Assembly: GCA_963808235.1 (NCBI GenBank)
Contig: CAWEEQ010000002.1
Coordinates: 32,001-96,000 of the forward strand
Source: an uncultured delta proteobacterium
GTDB taxonomy: Bacteria; Desulfobacterota; Binatia; Binatales; Binataceae
Reading direction: 5' to 3'
DNA length: 64,000 nt
Shown here in pieces: positions 62,375 to 64,000 of the stretch. The notes beneath the pieces are model-generated. The model ran no database searches. It worked only from the letters and a program-made list of their open reading frames with translations, and was not told the DNA's origin. Position 1 is the first letter of the stretch; every line of letters begins with the position of its first letter. The translations under genes were made by a program, and so were the position numbers.

Positions 62375-64000
62375 GTGAACCAATCCATCATAACTCTGAT
62401 CGGCGTGCCGATCGCCGGATTCGCAATCGCGGCGGGCACGATACCGCTCGCGCGGCGAATCGGCTTGAGGCTCGGGATCACGGCCGAGCGTAGCGCGGAT
62501 TCCGAGCCGAGCGAGCGAGTGCCGGTCTTCGGAGGCGCGGCGATCATTGCGGGGATAGTCGGCGCGCTCGCGATGTTCGGAGTGCTGCCGGAGTGGGTGG
62601 CCTTTTGCGCGGTGGCGATGTGGATAGTCGGCGTGATCGACGATGCGCGCGAATTGCGCCCGCGTGAAAAACTCGCCGCGCAGGTAATCGTCGCGATCGC
62701 GGTCGTCATTGCGCTGCCGCGAGTTGCGCTGTCGCCGTGGCCGGCGCTTGATTTCGCGCTGGCGGTCTTGTGGCTGACGGCGATCAGCAACGCGTTCAAC
62801 TTGATCGACGGCCTCGACGGCCTCGCCGCCGGCACCGGCATCATCGCCGGCGCCGCGCTCGCCTTGACCGGAATCGTGCTGCACGACGCGGCGCTGGCGA
62901 CGGTTGGACTCGCGGTGGCGGGAGCACTCGGCGGATTCCTGGTCTTCAATTTTTATCCGGCGTCGATTTTCATGGGCGATGCGGGCGCGCTCTCGGTCGG
63001 GATGCTGCTCGGCGTGCTGTCTCTCCACGGCGGCGTCCTCGCCGCAACCAACTCACGGCTGACGAAATTCGTCTATCCGATCCTCATGATGCTGATGCCG
63101 CTGCTGGACACTAGCATCGTGAGCGTCACCCGGCTGGCGACGGGCAACTCGGTCTCGCGGCACGGGCTCGACCATTCGCACAATCGACTGCTGTCGCTGG
63201 GGCTATCCGGGCAATCGGCGGTGACGGTCGGATGGTCAATCGCGGCGGTCGGCGCCACCTGCGCGGTGGTGGCGAGCATGCTACCGCATGCGTACCTGCT
63301 GACGATTCTGCCGTTTGCGATGGTCGCGGGCGCGACGATTGCGCTCTTCATGATGGACCTCACCTTCGACACGAACCCGCCGGGACTCGCTTACGGCTAC
63401 GGCCGGGGAGTCGCGCGGTTCATCCTGAGTTTCGGTTACAAGCGCCGCATCGCGGAGGCGTTGGTGGATGTCGCTCTGATCAGCGCCGCCTATTTCGGGG
63501 CTAACCTGCTCCGGCGAAATTTTGCGATCGACGATCTGATGGTCAATGCGCTGATGTACAGCCTGCCCGGGGTGCTGCTCGCGACTTATCCGGCGTTCAT
63601 CATTGCGGGCATCTACCGCGGTATCTGGCGTTACACCGGGCTGTCGGATGGAATTCGTTTCGCCAATGGCGCGGTGCTGGCGGGAATCTTTATCGTGCCG
63701 GCGTCGATGCTTCTGCCGATCGATCTTTCCGGTTCGATTCTGGTCCTCTACGTCATCCTGATTTTCAATTTGCTGGTGCTGACACGCTCGTCGTTCCAGA
63801 CCATCCGGCGCGCTATCGGTTACCTGGCTGCACCAACCGAGCGTGTGGTCGTGGTCGGCGCCGGCAGAATAGGCATGGCGGCGGTGGGCTACCTGTTTTC
63901 CGAACGGCGCCAGGAGATCCGGCTGGTCGGATTTATCGACGATGACGGATTCAAGCTGGGCAAGCTGGTGCATGGCCAGCGCGTGCTGGGGAGCTCGGCC
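62375..64000 (+). CDS. WecA/MraY-family (GT4) phosphotransferase fused to a CapD-N/CoA-binding-like domain; runs off the window
   Basis: Manual translation from GTG 62375: PVFGG, GVIDD, NAFNLIDGLDGL, FNFYPASIFMGDAG, DHSHNRL; later GIYRGIWRY, VVVGAG, VGFIDDD. Confidence 0.88.
   Translation, partial: MNQSIITLIGVPIAGFAIAAGTIPLARRIGLRLGITAERSADSEPSERVPVFGGAAIIAGIVGALAMFGVLPEWVAFCAVAMWIVGVIDDARELRPREKLAAQVIVAIAVVIALPRVALSPWPALDFALAVLWLTAISNAFNLIDGLDGLAAGTGIIAGAALALTGIVLHDAALATVGLAVAGALGGFLVFNFYPASIFMGDAGALSVGMLLGVLSLHGGVLAATNSRLTKFVYPILMMLMPLLDTSIVSVTRLATGNSVSRHGLDHSHNRLLSLGLSGQSAVTVGWSIAAVGATCAVVASMLPHAYLLTILPFAMVAGATIALFMMDLTFDTNPPGLAYGYGRGVARFILSFGYKRRIAEALVDVALISAAYFGANLLRRNFAIDDLMVNALMYSLPGVLLATYPAFIIAGIYRGIWRYTGLSDGIRFANGAVLAGIFIVPASMLLPIDLSGSILVLYVILIFNLLVLTRSSFQTIRRAIGYLAAPTERVVVVGAGRIGMAAVGYLFSERRQEIRLVGFIDDDGFKLGKLVHGQRVLGSSA

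Noticed and set aside
61949-63973. Minus-strand ORFs over the last 2 kb
   Set aside because: Shadows of the plus-strand RfaH-like and GT4 genes

Overview
High-GC bacterial chromosomal window. Gene content would fit a soil organism such as Ca. Binatia/Deltaproteobacteria, but that is inference only. From left to right it holds: a minus-strand kdp potassium-pump operon (sigma54-type promoter, two small membrane peptides, kdpABC, split KdpD-N and a separate histidine kinase); a beta-propeller/MoaD pair; an ABC-2 exporter preceded by a leader-peptide attenuator; lipid/CoA metabolism genes including a thiolase plus HMGS-like/DUF35 fusion; HigBA; an MdtNOP-like efflux system; assorted hydrolases and a KirBac channel. 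An accessory region (~37.3-57.5 kb) has no recognisable integrase but contains tRNA remnants, two dispersed repeat families, several Rhs toxin/immunity cassettes and a desaturase-cfa-fur-katG block. The window ends with a secreted NHL protein, a DUF1302-like outer-membrane protein, an RfaH-like factor and the start of a polysaccharide locus. The most unusual signals are: chains of tandemly repeated stop/start mini-ORFs at two kdp gene junctions; Rhs cores whose DPxG autoprotease motifs are replaced by Gly/Ser linkers (one tipped with a phospholipase A2 domain); an R-x-R leader-peptide attenuator; and several cargo blocks bounded by direct or inverted repeats. All calls come from reading the sequence by eye; no searches were run.
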